DNA of 64,000 nucleotides. Origin: an uncultured bacterium. GTDB taxonomy: Bacteria; Patescibacteriota; Minisyncoccia; Moranbacterales; UBA2206. Shown piece after piece: positions 1 through 9,209 of the stretch. How positions within the stretch are numbered: position 1 is the first letter of the stretch; each line of letters begins with the position of its first letter. Location: NCBI GenBank assembly GCA_903937035.1, contig CAIZXS010000023.1, positions 1,188-65,187 of the forward strand, written 5' to 3'. Position numbers and translations under genes: made by a program. The notes beneath the pieces are model-generated. The model made no database searches and was not told the origin of the DNA. It saw only the letters and a list, made by a program, of their open reading frames with translations.

Positions 1-2359
1 TATGCAGCGTCAGATATTTTTTGTGCGATTTTTTAGCAAGAGATTTCTCGATCTCTCCCCCACTATCCGGGAAAAAAACGATATTTCTTATTCCAGACTT
101 GTCGATTGCAATTGCTAACTGCGAGAAATCATACCCACGATTCAGCCCTCCTAGAAAGATTGTCTCTGTGTCAGGCAAAGCTAACAGCGCCGCTATTGTC
201 GACTCGGGTGTTGTTGAGATTGCATCATCATAAAATTTTATTTTTCCAAATTCGCCCACAAACTCCAATCGGTGCGAAAGACCTTTGAAATTTTCAATGC
301 CTTTTTTAATTGCAAGTTTCGAAATACCCAAAGAATTGGCAACAGCAATCGCTGCTTTAGTATTCTCCCTATTATGCACTCCCAAAAGCGGAACTTTAAT
401 ATCGCCCAAAATTACAGTACTAAAATCCTTTGCATTTGCAGTCCCTGACCATTTTTTCAACTCCTTGTTTTTTCCATTAAATACGAACGCGTCTTTGGCA
501 TCTTGAAAATTGATAATATTTTTTTTCGCCGCATAGTATTTTTCAATACTACCATGAAAATCCATATGCTCAGGAAAAAGATTGGTTGCAACGGCAATCC
601 GCGGAGAATATTTCAAGTCATCTAACTGATAGCTAGAAAGTTCCACCACAAAAATTTCATCCGCGTCAATAGGTCTCAGAAGGACTTCGAGCATAGGACT
701 GCCAATATTACCAACCAGACACACTTTTTTCCCCGCTTCCTTCAAGATATTATAAATCAGTGAAGCTGTCGTGCTCTTGCCCTTACTCCCTGTCACTCCA
801 ATTGTGATATTTTTTACTTGCGAAAAGAACAAATTCGTTGCGGTTGTATATGGAATTACTAGAAGCTCTTTATTGATACCTGGCGTTTTTATGGCCAAGT
901 CAAAGCTCTTTTGTCTTTTTAGATAATTTTTATCAGTCGTTTTATCCGCGACATCAATCTTTACTTTGGGAAAATATTTCTTGAGATATTTTTCACTTAC
1001 CACGCCCTCCTTGCCATACCCCAAGATTAAAACATGCTTAGCGCCATATAATTTAAACTCGGCTGGCAACGTTTCCGCAGTATTCGCCGTCAAAACTTTT
1101 TCCAAAAGTTTCCCAGGATTCTTTACTTTACCAATAAACTTATTCACAACAAAGCTATCTCGAAATTTGTCTTTAGCTAAAAACAAGGCTGCTCGTGCTT
1201 CGTCAAATGTGCCCACACAATCAAAAGGCTTCATCTTCCCATAGCCTAAGATATCAGAAAATACCGCTAATAATTTTTCATCTTCATATAAATTTTTTCC
1301 AAAAATTTTCACCAATTCCTTTTTTTCAAGGAATGCTGAAAGCAATGTCCAGACAAAAACACATTTAGGACACTCACCGCACCAAAGCGTTTTTGGTCGC
1401 TCCTTTTTAACACGAAAATTCCGATTACAACTCGTGAAAAAGGGAAAATATTTCTCATATCTCGCAAACATCTCCACAATACGAATTTCATAATAGGGAC
1501 GCAAGAGGGAGAAATACAAAATATCTGGACAAATAAATTTCTTAGCATAATCCTGAAAAAGCTTTTCAAATTCTCCCGACTTGCTCCATTGATGATTGAC
1601 TTCTTCTCCGAGATAATCAATATTTCCAAAATTACTGCTATATTCATTACCTACGATCACATATGCGTAATCATACAAAACAGCTGACAAATAGCCTAAA
1701 AAAGCAAAAATAGCCGAGATCGGGATATGACCGTTATAGGCCCCCGGAAGCTCTCCAAAGATTTTCTCGTCCATCTCTCTTGAAATTACCAACTCACCAA
1801 TTTTCAACTTGCTTATAACCGTCCTAGAAATTTGATCATCTTTTTGCGTCTCAATGAGTAGCGCTGTAATATCTAGCCCGTGAGATTTCAAAAACTCCGC
1901 AGCAACGATAGAATCCTTTCCGCCACCAACGCCAACCAGCGCCCTATCTCTCATCTTCATTCTCTGCGCCACTGGTTTCACATTTTTCCCAAAAGGAAAT
2001 TTAATCAAATTTCGCGAGTCAATCTTATTGCGATAAAAAAATTCTCCCAAGCCCTTGCGATAAACCACGTCCCAAAAATCTGCCTGTTCTTTTGAAAGCG
2101 TAAATGCTGTTTTGATTTTTGGCGGACAATATGTCTTATAGTAACTTATGCCCAAAATAAGCTGCAGGCCTGTCAGCAAATTTTCTAAAAGCTCGGCCGG
2201 AATCTTTTTGACTGAAAAATTTTGCGGGAAAATAATGCTTTCCGAGAATCGAATCGCTTCCTGATTACCAAACGTTACTAAATAATCAAAAACAACCCTG
2301 GCTTTTTCTGGCTCCAGGGTAATTTCTTTAAATTCAAATGTTTTGGGGATTGGCTTCAT
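1..2359 (-). CDS. murL-murD: MurL (UDP-MurNAc-L-Ala-L-Glu epimerase)-MurD(2) ligase fusion, 3' end outside the window
   Basis: Not in the ORF track because it has no stop in the window. Manual translation from ATG 2359 (MKPIPKTFEFKEI) gives MurL motifs VGVGGGKDS, YNGHIP, VNHQWSKS, FTSCNRNF, WCGECPKC and KPFDCVGT. The same frame continues into MurD motifs VLILGYGKEG, GVTGSKGKSTT, VGNIG, VVELSSYQL, HRLEFV and FYDDAISTTP. Confidence 0.88.
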   Translation of the reverse strand, partial: MKPIPKTFEFKEITLEPEKARVVFDYLVTFGNQEAIRFSESIIFPQNFSVKKIPAELLENLLTGLQLILGISYYKTYCPPKIKTAFTLSKEQADFWDVVYRKGLGEFFYRNKIDSRNLIKFPFGKNVKPVAQRMKMRDRALVGVGGGKDSIVAAEFLKSHGLDITALLIETQKDDQISRTVISKLKIGELVISREMDEKIFGELPGAYNGHIPISAIFAFLGYLSAVLYDYAYVIVGNEYSSNFGNIDYLGEEVNHQWSKSGEFEKLFQDYAKKFICPDILYFSLLRPYYEIRIVEMFARYEKYFPFFTSCNRNFRVKKERPKTLWCGECPKCVFVWTLLSAFLEKKELVKIFGKNLYEDEKLLAVFSDILGYGKMKPFDCVGTFDEARAALFLAKDKFRDSFVVNKFIGKVKNPGKLLEKVLTANTAETLPAEFKLYGAKHVLILGYGKEGVVSEKYLKKYFPKVKIDVADKTTDKNYLKRQKSFDLAIKTPGINKELLVIPYTTATNLFFSQVKNITIGVTGSKGKSTTASLIYNILKEAGKKVCLVGNIGSPMLEVLLRPIDADEIFVVELSSYQLDDLKYSPRIAVATNLFPEHMDFHGSIEKYYAAKKNIINFQDAKDAFVFNGKNKELKKWSGTANAKDFSTVILGDIKVPLLGVHNRENTKAAIAVANSLGISKLAIKKGIENFKGLSHRLEFVGEFGKIKFYDDAISTTPESTIAALLALPDTETIFLGGLNRGYDFSQLAIAIDKSGIRNIVFFPDSGGEIEKSLAKKSHKKYLTLH

Positions 2360-2366
2360 CTTAGGT

Positions 2367-3938
2367 TTAGCGCTTAATCACACGCCCATTCCTGTTCCCG
2401 TTATACACAGAATCAGCAAGCACGATTTCTCCATTGACCATAACAAACTCAACTCCTTGGGAGTATTGATAGGGATTTTCAATTGTAGCTGAACTTTTAA
2501 GCTTATCCCGATCAAGAATCACTATATCAGCAAAATAACCTTTTTTCAAGACCCCTCTTTTTTTAATGCCAAACTTTAATGCTGGCGCTGATGTCATTTT
2601 GCAAATTGCCGATTCCCAGGTTAAAAGTTTCTCTTTTTTAACATATTTTTCCAATACCTTAACAAATGCTCCAAAATTACGCGGATGCACTCGCTCTCCT
2701 GTTTTGGCATGAAAGATGTCATATCCCGAGCCATTCGTTGCAATAAAAGATAGTGGGTGCGCGATAGCTTGTCTCACATTCTCTTCGCTCAGAACCTCCA
2801 CAGAAGTGACCACCATGCCCTCAGAGGCGACTAAGATGTCTATAATTACCTCCTCAACAGATCTTTCCTGACTTTGCGCAATTTCAGAAATACTATGTCG
2901 CGCCAAGGTTTTGTTGAGTGGAGAAATAGCAATCTCAATCTTAGAATAGTCGAAATCTGATTCGCGCATTTCATCGATTATTTTAGCTCGAATAACTGGA
3001 TCCTTCAATCGATGAAGCATTATTCTTTTCCCCCCTTCTGAAATCCAAACCGGCAAAAAAGAATACAAAACTGATCCCGTTGAAGTATAGGGATAGACAT
3101 CAAAGGTCACGTCAATTCCCTCTTCTTTTGCTTTGCCAATCAAATCCAACACCTCGCCCATCTTTGACCAATTCTTTTCCCCAATAACCTTCAAATGTGA
3201 AATTTGCAATCTTACGCCCGATTCCCTAGCAACACGAAGCGCCTCCTCAATCGCTTCAACAATATCTCCTTGCTCCGATCGGATATGTGTCGCATACACC
3301 CCTTTATATTTCTTTACAATTTTGGCTAGTGTCAAAAGCTCATCATAAGGAGCTAGTCTTGCATGGGAATATATTAACCCTGTCGACATCCCAAGCGCTC
3401 CCTCTTTCATAGCATTCTCTAGCGATTTCTTTAGGGCCTCAATCTCTTTTGGTAAAAGACTGCGCACCTCATCACCAATGACTCCTCGACGAAGCGTAGC
3501 GTGCCCGACTAACGTTGCAAAATTTAATGAGATCTTCTTTTCTTCAAGAACTGAAAATAATTCCTCAACTTTCAACCAACTAATATTGATTTTTTTAACA
3601 TCCACCCATTTTTGAATCGCATCAATCGTTGCCGGAGTTGCCAATGGCGCGAGTGATGTCCCGCAATTTCCACCAACAATCGTTGTAATGCCTTGATATA
3701 TCAAACTTTCCAAGTGAGGATTCAAAAAAATCCGCCAATATGTATCACTGTGGTTATTTACATCAATAAATCCAGGGCAAACCATCTTACCCTGAGCATC
3801 AATCTCAACACTCGCTCGCTCATCGCCCAATTCTCCAATTTTTCGAATCTCGTCCTCTTGAATGCCAATATCTGCCCGAAATGCCGCATTTCCAGTTCCA
3901 TCAATAATATTAGCATTTTTAATAATTATATCGTACAT
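2367..3938 (-). CDS. N-acyl-D-amino-acid deacylase (D-aminoacylase) family amidohydrolase with a divergent active site
   Basis: YDIIIKNANIIDGTG, PGFIDVNNHSD, GNCG, THIRSE, ISHLK, DVYPY, HPR and GYFADIVI motifs. Confidence 0.85.
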   Translation of the reverse strand: MYDIIIKNANIIDGTGNAAFRADIGIQEDEIRKIGELGDERASVEIDAQGKMVCPGFIDVNNHSDTYWRIFLNPHLESLIYQGITTIVGGNCGTSLAPLATPATIDAIQKWVDVKKINISWLKVEELFSVLEEKKISLNFATLVGHATLRRGVIGDEVRSLLPKEIEALKKSLENAMKEGALGMSTGLIYSHARLAPYDELLTLAKIVKKYKGVYATHIRSEQGDIVEAIEEALRVARESGVRLQISHLKVIGEKNWSKMGEVLDLIGKAKEEGIDVTFDVYPYTSTGSVLYSFLPVWISEGGKRIMLHRLKDPVIRAKIIDEMRESDFDYSKIEIAISPLNKTLARHSISEIAQSQERSVEEVIIDILVASEGMVVTSVEVLSEENVRQAIAHPLSFIATNGSGYDIFHAKTGERVHPRNFGAFVKVLEKYVKKEKLLTWESAICKMTSAPALKFGIKKRGVLKKGYFADIVILDRDKLKSSATIENPYQYSQGVEFVMVNGEIVLADSVYNGNRNGRVIKR

Positions 3939-3942
3939 TTTT

Positions 3943-4941
3943 TTATTTATTACTAATATATGCAGCCATTTCTACAAGCCGATTAGAATAGCCCCATTCA
4001 TTGTCATACCAACCGACAACCTTAACCAAATTGCCATTAGCCATCGTAAGTGGAAGGTCTACAATTGCGCTATGCGCATCTCCTTTAAAATCCATAGACA
4101 CTAATCCCTCATCAGTTACTGAGAGAATTCCCTTCATATCATTTTGTGCTGCATCACGAAAGGCATTGTTCAATTCATCTACCGTTGCATCTTTCTTTAA
4201 ATTACAAATAAAATCAACAATGGAAACAACTGGAGTTGGAACACGCAGAGAGATTCCATCCAGCTTACCCTCCAAATGTTTCATAACCTTGCCCACAGTT
4301 TTTGCTGCACCGGTTGTTGTTGGAATAATACTAAGAGCTGCTGCCCTTGCTCGTCGCAGATCTTTATGTGGCAAATCCAAAATGCGCTGATCATTTGTGT
4401 AGGAATGAGTAGTGGTCATAAAACCTTTCTCTAAGCCGAAATTATCATCTAAGATCTTAATTATCGGAGCGAGACAGTTGGTCGTACAAGAACCATTGGA
4501 AATAATCGCTTCGGACGGATCATACTCATTTTCATTAACCCCTAAAAGATAAATTGGAATATCATCTTTTGGTGGCGCACTAAGAATCACTTTCTTCGCG
4601 CCAGCCTCTAGGTGCTTGCTTGCTTTTTCTCGATTCTCAAAAACTCCAGTGCATTCAAGAACAATGTCAATTCCCAACTCTTTCCAAGGTAATTTTTCAG
4701 GGTCCTTCTCGGAAAAAAATTTGATCCTAGTTCCATCTATGATTAATTCTGAATTTTCCTCATCCACATTTACTTCATGAGCATAGCGACCGTAACTAGA
4801 GTCATATTTAAAAAGATGCGCAGCAGTCTTGAGATCAGTAAGATCATTGATCGCGACTACTTCCAAATCTTCTTTTTCAAAGGCGATTTTTAGACTTGGT
4901 CTACCAATTCGACCAAAACCATTGATTGCAATTTTTGTCAT
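3943..4941 (-). CDS. gap: Glyceraldehyde-3-phosphate dehydrogenase type I
   Basis: INGFGRIGR, SNGSCTTNCLAP, WYDNEWGYS; start moved to ATG 4941 (MTKIAING). Confidence 0.97.
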   Translation of the reverse strand: MTKIAINGFGRIGRPSLKIAFEKEDLEVVAINDLTDLKTAAHLFKYDSSYGRYAHEVNVDEENSELIIDGTRIKFFSEKDPEKLPWKELGIDIVLECTGVFENREKASKHLEAGAKKVILSAPPKDDIPIYLLGVNENEYDPSEAIISNGSCTTNCLAPIIKILDDNFGLEKGFMTTTHSYTNDQRILDLPHKDLRRARAAALSIIPTTTGAAKTVGKVMKHLEGKLDGISLRVPTPVVSIVDFICNLKKDATVDELNNAFRDAAQNDMKGILSVTDEGLVSMDFKGDAHSAIVDLPLTMANGNLVKVVGWYDNEWGYSNRLVEMAAYISNK

Positions 4942-5020
4942 GTAGTATGCAACATGTAACATGTAACAATTCTCCTTTTGAGCGTTGCTTCATATTTCAT
5001 GTTTTGTATTATGTAAATTA
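4942..5020 (-). repeat. Heptamer-built imperfect inverted repeat, copy 1 (hypA-gap spacer)
   Basis: mRNA strand: CATGAAA-like units ... GTTACAT GTTACAT GTTGCAT ACTAC ATG. Confidence 0.7.
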
Positions 5021-5293
5021 TTATACTTCAATATCTGTTATCTTCCAGCTATCCCCCGCTACTTTTTTAATTACAAAGGCCACATTCTCAAATTCCGTAT
5101 TTTTTGCAATACTTGCAAGACCAAACTGCAAATTTTCAACACTAATATCTTCTGTGTGTTCCGGATGACCATCATGCGCCAAACTAATCAAACCAATTTC
5201 AAGATTAACTTTCTTTATTTTCGTCAATGACTTTTCCTTGGCTATCGCGCCAAGCTCATCAATTACTTCTTTTGCCAATATGAAATCATGCAT
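5021..5293 (-). CDS. hypA: HypA-like nickel metallochaperone lacking the Zn finger
   Basis: Start at MHDFILAKEVI (MHE-like N-terminal Ni site), KIKKVNLEIG strand, LQFG, C-terminal GDSWKITDIEV; lies in the hydrogenase cluster. Confidence 0.78.
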   Translation of the reverse strand: MHDFILAKEVIDELGAIAKEKSLTKIKKVNLEIGLISLAHDGHPEHTEDISVENLQFGLASIAKNTEFENVAFVIKKVAGDSWKITDIEV

Positions 5294-5318
5294 ACCGATT
5301 CTTACTTTAACAATTAAC

Positions 5319-5693
5319 CTAGCTGACCCAAAGACCATGAACATTGCAATAAGCCCTCGCTGCAAGGTGCTCTGCCTCCAAGAAAAACTCCACCTGAGGC
5401 TCTGATCCCGGCTCTAGATATTTGCGATATACCCGATGTTCCGTAACAACCTCAATCCATTCAATATAATGTTCACTCTCCATTGGATGAGTAATCTCTC
5501 CGACACGTACAATCACGCCAGTATCATTTCTTTCAATCGTTGGCTTATGTTTCTCCACTCCCTCGTCTTCTGTTTTGGCAAATTGCTGCTCCATCGGGGC
5601 CCCACAGCAAACCAACTCCCCCGCGCCCCCATGTGTCATTTCAACTATGTTCCCACAAATGTTACACTTGTAGATTTGATTTAGTTCAGTCAT
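5319..5693 (-). CDS. dfx: Desulfoferrodoxin (2Fe superoxide reductase)
   Basis: YKCNICGN...LVCCG desulforedoxin domain; EKHKP, HPM, EHYIEWI, YCNVHGLW; start ATG 5693. Confidence 0.95.
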   Translation of the reverse strand: MTELNQIYKCNICGNIVEMTHGGAGELVCCGAPMEQQFAKTEDEGVEKHKPTIERNDTGVIVRVGEITHPMESEHYIEWIEVVTEHRVYRKYLEPGSEPQVEFFLEAEHLAARAYCNVHGLWVS

Positions 5694-5825
5694 AGTTATG
5701 TAGCATGAAACATGTAGCATGTAACAATTGAATGCTTCAAGCTTCGTGCGTGTTAAATAATTTTTAATCTTGTCCATCTCCCCCTTGCTCTCTCTGTTTT
5801 ATGTTTCATGTTTCATGTTTCATGA
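5694..5825 (-). repeat. Heptamer-built imperfect inverted repeat, copy 2 (large subunit-dfx spacer)
   Basis: mRNA strand: TAG T(CATGAAA)3 CATAAAACA ... TGTTACATGCTACATGTTTCATGCTACAT AACT ATG. Confidence 0.8.
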
Positions 5826-7085
5826 CTAATGCACCGCGCAAGAAATGCACGGATCATAGGCACGAATGAACGCGCGCAACTTTTTTTCTTTTTCCTTATC
5901 TTTTAATTTCAAGATTTGAGGAATATATGCGGCGATATCATCTTCCAGATTAGACAAGAACTGAGCGGTTGGAGTAATGATGTTCACGTTTTTAACATAA
6001 CCCTTGGCGTCAACATCGACGTGATAATAGAGTGTTCCGCGTGGCGCTTCCACTGCTGCCGAACCCTCACCTTCTTTAATGGTATATTCTTTTGTCACGA
6101 CTTCTTCCAAATCACTGCTTAACAGCTCCAACATAATTCTTCTTGATTCTTCAATCGAATGAATGACTTCTACCATCTGCGCTAGAATATTATGGAAAGG
6201 ATTATAATCGGGGAAGTTCCATCCCAGACTTTTCAGATATTCTGAGGCCTTCAATCTTAACTTAACTCTATTATTGTTTATTCGCGCAATCGCTCCTATC
6301 ATATAGCTCTTTCCATTGTGCTCCACTCTTTTAATTATCTCGTTCTGTTTTTGCAGTTCCAAAAAGTTAGCTTCAAATTTTTCCACTGGGATATGCAAAC
6401 CAAAATTGGAAATTATATCCCCATCATAAATCGCATATTCTCCTCTCTTGTCCAGTGAAACATATTCAGTCTCTCGCGAAAAATCTGGTATTTTGATGCC
6501 GCGAAAAAATTCCCCTAGCTCCAATGCTATTTGCAAAACATCCTCTGAATTTTTAAGTATTCCTTTTAATAATTCCCTGTCTGGAGCCTTCTTAAACCCA
6601 CCCACCTCATTGGTCAGCGGATGCACAACCCTCCCACCAACCACCCTCACTATCTCCATTCCGAATTCACGAAGTTTGATTGCTTTCTTCGCCTCTTCAG
6701 GGTATTTACTCACGAGCTCAATGTCATTATCCATATCCAAGAAATCAGCTAGAGACAGAAAAAAGAGATGCAGTGAATGAGAATGAATGAACTGCGCATA
6801 TTCCATAAGTGTTCGCAGCTTTTCCGTCTCATATGTTACAGTTACGCCCATGGCATTTTCTAGAGCCTTAATCGAAGTAAGATTGTGTACGACAGGACAA
6901 ATCCCACAAATACGTTGAGCAACAAGAGGCATGTCCTTATACTCCCGCCCAACGAGAACGCCTTCAATAAGACGAATTCCCTCTTGCACCTGCAACTTGG
7001 CCGATTTAACATCACCCTTTATCACGCTTGCCATAAAGCCAGCATGACCTTCCATTTTTGCGATATGATTTATTTTGATATTCAT
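5826..7085 (-). CDS. [NiFe]-hydrogenase large subunit, group 3b-like
   Basis: L1 QRICGICPVVH, EAPRGTLY, L2 RAYDPCISCAVH followed directly by the stop. Confidence 0.93.
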   Translation of the reverse strand: MNIKINHIAKMEGHAGFMASVIKGDVKSAKLQVQEGIRLIEGVLVGREYKDMPLVAQRICGICPVVHNLTSIKALENAMGVTVTYETEKLRTLMEYAQFIHSHSLHLFFLSLADFLDMDNDIELVSKYPEEAKKAIKLREFGMEIVRVVGGRVVHPLTNEVGGFKKAPDRELLKGILKNSEDVLQIALELGEFFRGIKIPDFSRETEYVSLDKRGEYAIYDGDIISNFGLHIPVEKFEANFLELQKQNEIIKRVEHNGKSYMIGAIARINNNRVKLRLKASEYLKSLGWNFPDYNPFHNILAQMVEVIHSIEESRRIMLELLSSDLEEVVTKEYTIKEGEGSAAVEAPRGTLYYHVDVDAKGYVKNVNIITPTAQFLSNLEDDIAAYIPQILKLKDKEKEKKLRAFIRAYDPCISCAVH

Positions 7086-7129
7086 GATTTAATTATACTT
7101 TATTTTTTGCAATAAGACTAGAAAAGAAC

Positions 7130-8068
7130 CTATTTAAAGTTGCAAGTAACCTTTAGCGCATTCAGATCTTCCATCGAAAGCTGCGGATTTTCCATATTTT
7201 GATCAGAGAGCAAATAATACATAATTGATTTAGGATCATCAACATGTCCAATCCCCAATGCATGACCTAATTCATGCACGATCGTTAGTCGCAGATCAGC
7301 AGTTTGTTTAAATTGATAGATATTGATTTCTATCCCGTCATAGAGTCCCTTTTCAAACTCTCGTCCGCCACCATATTTAATCTTATATGTTGATACACTT
7401 GCATTATACTCATTTACAACGCTTTTTTCCTTCGAAACCAGAGCATTTGTCTTTCCAGCCAAACTATTCACCTCCATTCGCTCTTTCTCAAGTTTATCAT
7501 GCAAGTCTCCTAGTGCATTTTTATCCGATTTCAAATCATCATATTTATCATCAGATATTCCGCCATGCTTGTTCCAATAATCCACTTCGTCATTATATTT
7601 TTTCAATTTTTTTTCATATTCTGTAACATTTTGGTTGTATTTAGCGACTTTTTGCGCATATGTCCCACTGAGGTCTTCGTATTGGTTGGCAATTTTTTTG
7701 TGTGACGCCTCTAGCTGTTCAAGACTTTGAGACAGCTCGTCCGCCTCATTAGACGCAGATTGCCGTTCATCAAAAATCAAATTAATTTTAAACTGAGACT
7801 CAGGGTCATACTCAAATAGATTTCTCCCGGATTGTCGATCCCAAGTCTTTTCCGCATCTTTCGCTACAAGCAAGAGATCATCAGTGCTCAAATTAAATCT
7901 CGGGTCAACTGTACCGATGGTATATCTAAATGGCTTAAGGCAAGACAAATTTATTCCAGTAACCTTCTGGATTTTTTCTTCTACTACCAGCTTATTTTGA
8001 GAATACACTCTCCAAAAAGAAAAAGCGATAATAGCGATAATAGCGAAATAATAAAAAAATTTCTTCAT
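7130..8068 (-). CDS. Secreted or membrane-anchored matrixin-like (M10, metzincin) metalloprotease with a coiled-coil insert
   Basis: N-terminal hydrophobic segment after MKKFFYY; HELGHALGIGH followed by the Met-turn SIMY. Confidence 0.85.
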   Translation of the reverse strand: MKKFFYYFAIIAIIAFSFWRVYSQNKLVVEEKIQKVTGINLSCLKPFRYTIGTVDPRFNLSTDDLLLVAKDAEKTWDRQSGRNLFEYDPESQFKINLIFDERQSASNEADELSQSLEQLEASHKKIANQYEDLSGTYAQKVAKYNQNVTEYEKKLKKYNDEVDYWNKHGGISDDKYDDLKSDKNALGDLHDKLEKERMEVNSLAGKTNALVSKEKSVVNEYNASVSTYKIKYGGGREFEKGLYDGIEINIYQFKQTADLRLTIVHELGHALGIGHVDDPKSIMYYLLSDQNMENPQLSMEDLNALKVTCNFK

Positions 8069-8082
8069 TATTGTCCTCTCGA

Positions 8083-8170
8083 CGGACTGTCCGCCCGTGA
8101 GTTTTTTATCCCACTTTTTAAAAATAATTGGCACAAATCTAAAATTATGCACCATAGCGGACTGTCCGCT
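8083..8170. repeat. Pair of short palindromes CGGACTGTCCG
   Basis: Identical 11-mers at 8083-8093 and 8158-8168 in the spacer between the small subunit and the protease. Confidence 0.6.
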
Positions 8171-8177
8171 TTTAATT

Positions 8178-9134
8178 TTATCTTTTTGCTAGCTTATCCT
8201 TCCTTTCTCTCTCTTCTAAATCATCCCTGAGTCCAAAAATTTCAGTCATGTTCTGGAACTGTTCATCACTCATCATGCTTTTTAGCATCATGCGCATCGC
8301 ACTAACATTCCCCGTTGCTCGAAGCCCGCGACAACCCTGGCATTGCGCACGCGAACTTGGACAAGTTGCGTTGCATCCGCCCAAAATCATCGGCCCAAAA
8401 CATGGCTTCTTATCCAGAAGCAAACAACGATTGCCCGCTTTTTTGCATTCCACACAAACTGGCTGATCGGGAATAAGCGGGACATTGCCTTTGAGCAGTT
8501 CTGGGATATATTGCAAAAATTCTTCCCCATTGATGGGACAGCCTGGAAAAACAAAATCCACTTTCACAAAATTATCCAACTCTCGAATCGCTGGATTATT
8601 AATTCCTTGCAAATATTTATAAACATGTTTTATCGTGCTCACACCTTCGTGATAATTTTTCATTTCCGGAATTCCGCCCATCGCCGCGCAGTTTCCAAGA
8701 GCTACGAGTATCTTTGCTCTTTTTCTTGCTTCAAGTAGCGTTTTCTCATTTTCTTTCGTCACAGGATTTCCCTCAATGAGAACCAAGTCTAACATTCCGC
8801 CATCATCCTCCCAGTCTTCAATCAGCCGGAAATCAACCAGCTCAATTATTTCTGTTAGTGCCAAAAAGCGCGTACCAAGATCAAGCAGGACAAACTGGCA
8901 ACCCTCACAAGAAGTCAGACTAATAATCGCTACACGTGGTTTTCCGCTGGCTTTTTTTTCTACCACTTTTGTTTTCGCTCCTGATACTGCTGTTTTCTTT
9001 ATCACCTTAGTCTTGACCACTGCCACTTTTTTTATTGCTTTCGCTTTATCTGTCACTGCCTTTTTCGGTTTAGCTTTTTTTGTTTCTGGTTTATTTTTAA
9101 TTACCATTGTTTTAGAAATATAATTTAACTTCAC
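8178..9134 (-). CDS. [NiFe]-hydrogenase small subunit (group 3b delta-like) with a Lys/Ala-rich N-terminal extension
   Basis: SCEGC, IEG, GNCA..GGI, PGCP, then CVEC..C..CFGP..GGC...CP...CQGCRG; start GTG 9134 or the next ATG (MVIKNK). Confidence 0.92.
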   Translation of the reverse strand: MKLNYISKTMVIKNKPETKKAKPKKAVTDKAKAIKKVAVVKTKVIKKTAVSGAKTKVVEKKASGKPRVAIISLTSCEGCQFVLLDLGTRFLALTEIIELVDFRLIEDWEDDGGMLDLVLIEGNPVTKENEKTLLEARKRAKILVALGNCAAMGGIPEMKNYHEGVSTIKHVYKYLQGINNPAIRELDNFVKVDFVFPGCPINGEEFLQYIPELLKGNVPLIPDQPVCVECKKAGNRCLLLDKKPCFGPMILGGCNATCPSSRAQCQGCRGLRATGNVSAMRMMLKSMMSDEQFQNMTEIFGLRDDLEERERKDKLAKR

Positions 9135-9168
9135 AGCTCTATTCTAGCACATAACAACCATAAATTAA

Positions 9169-9198
9169 ATAAGGGCCGATCATTTGATCTGCCCTTAT
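9169..9198 (-). terminator. Hairpin terminator downstream of the hypothetical gene
   Basis: ATAAGGGC...GCCCTTAT inverted repeat. Confidence 0.55.
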
Positions 9199-9209
9199 CG
9201 AAAAACGAC

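Noticed and set aside
21-2095. Short ORFs listed in the first 2.1 kb
   Set aside because: They are shadows of the long murL-murD frame on the minus strand.
5694-5825. Heptamer arrays as a CRISPR array or as coding N-terminal extensions of dfx, gap, adk and rpmB
   Set aside because: The units are 7 bp with no unique spacers and no cas genes; the conserved proteins begin after the repeats.
7130-8068. Matrixin as the hydrogenase maturation protease
   Set aside because: Wrong family, predicted to be exported, and the large subunit has no extension to cleave.
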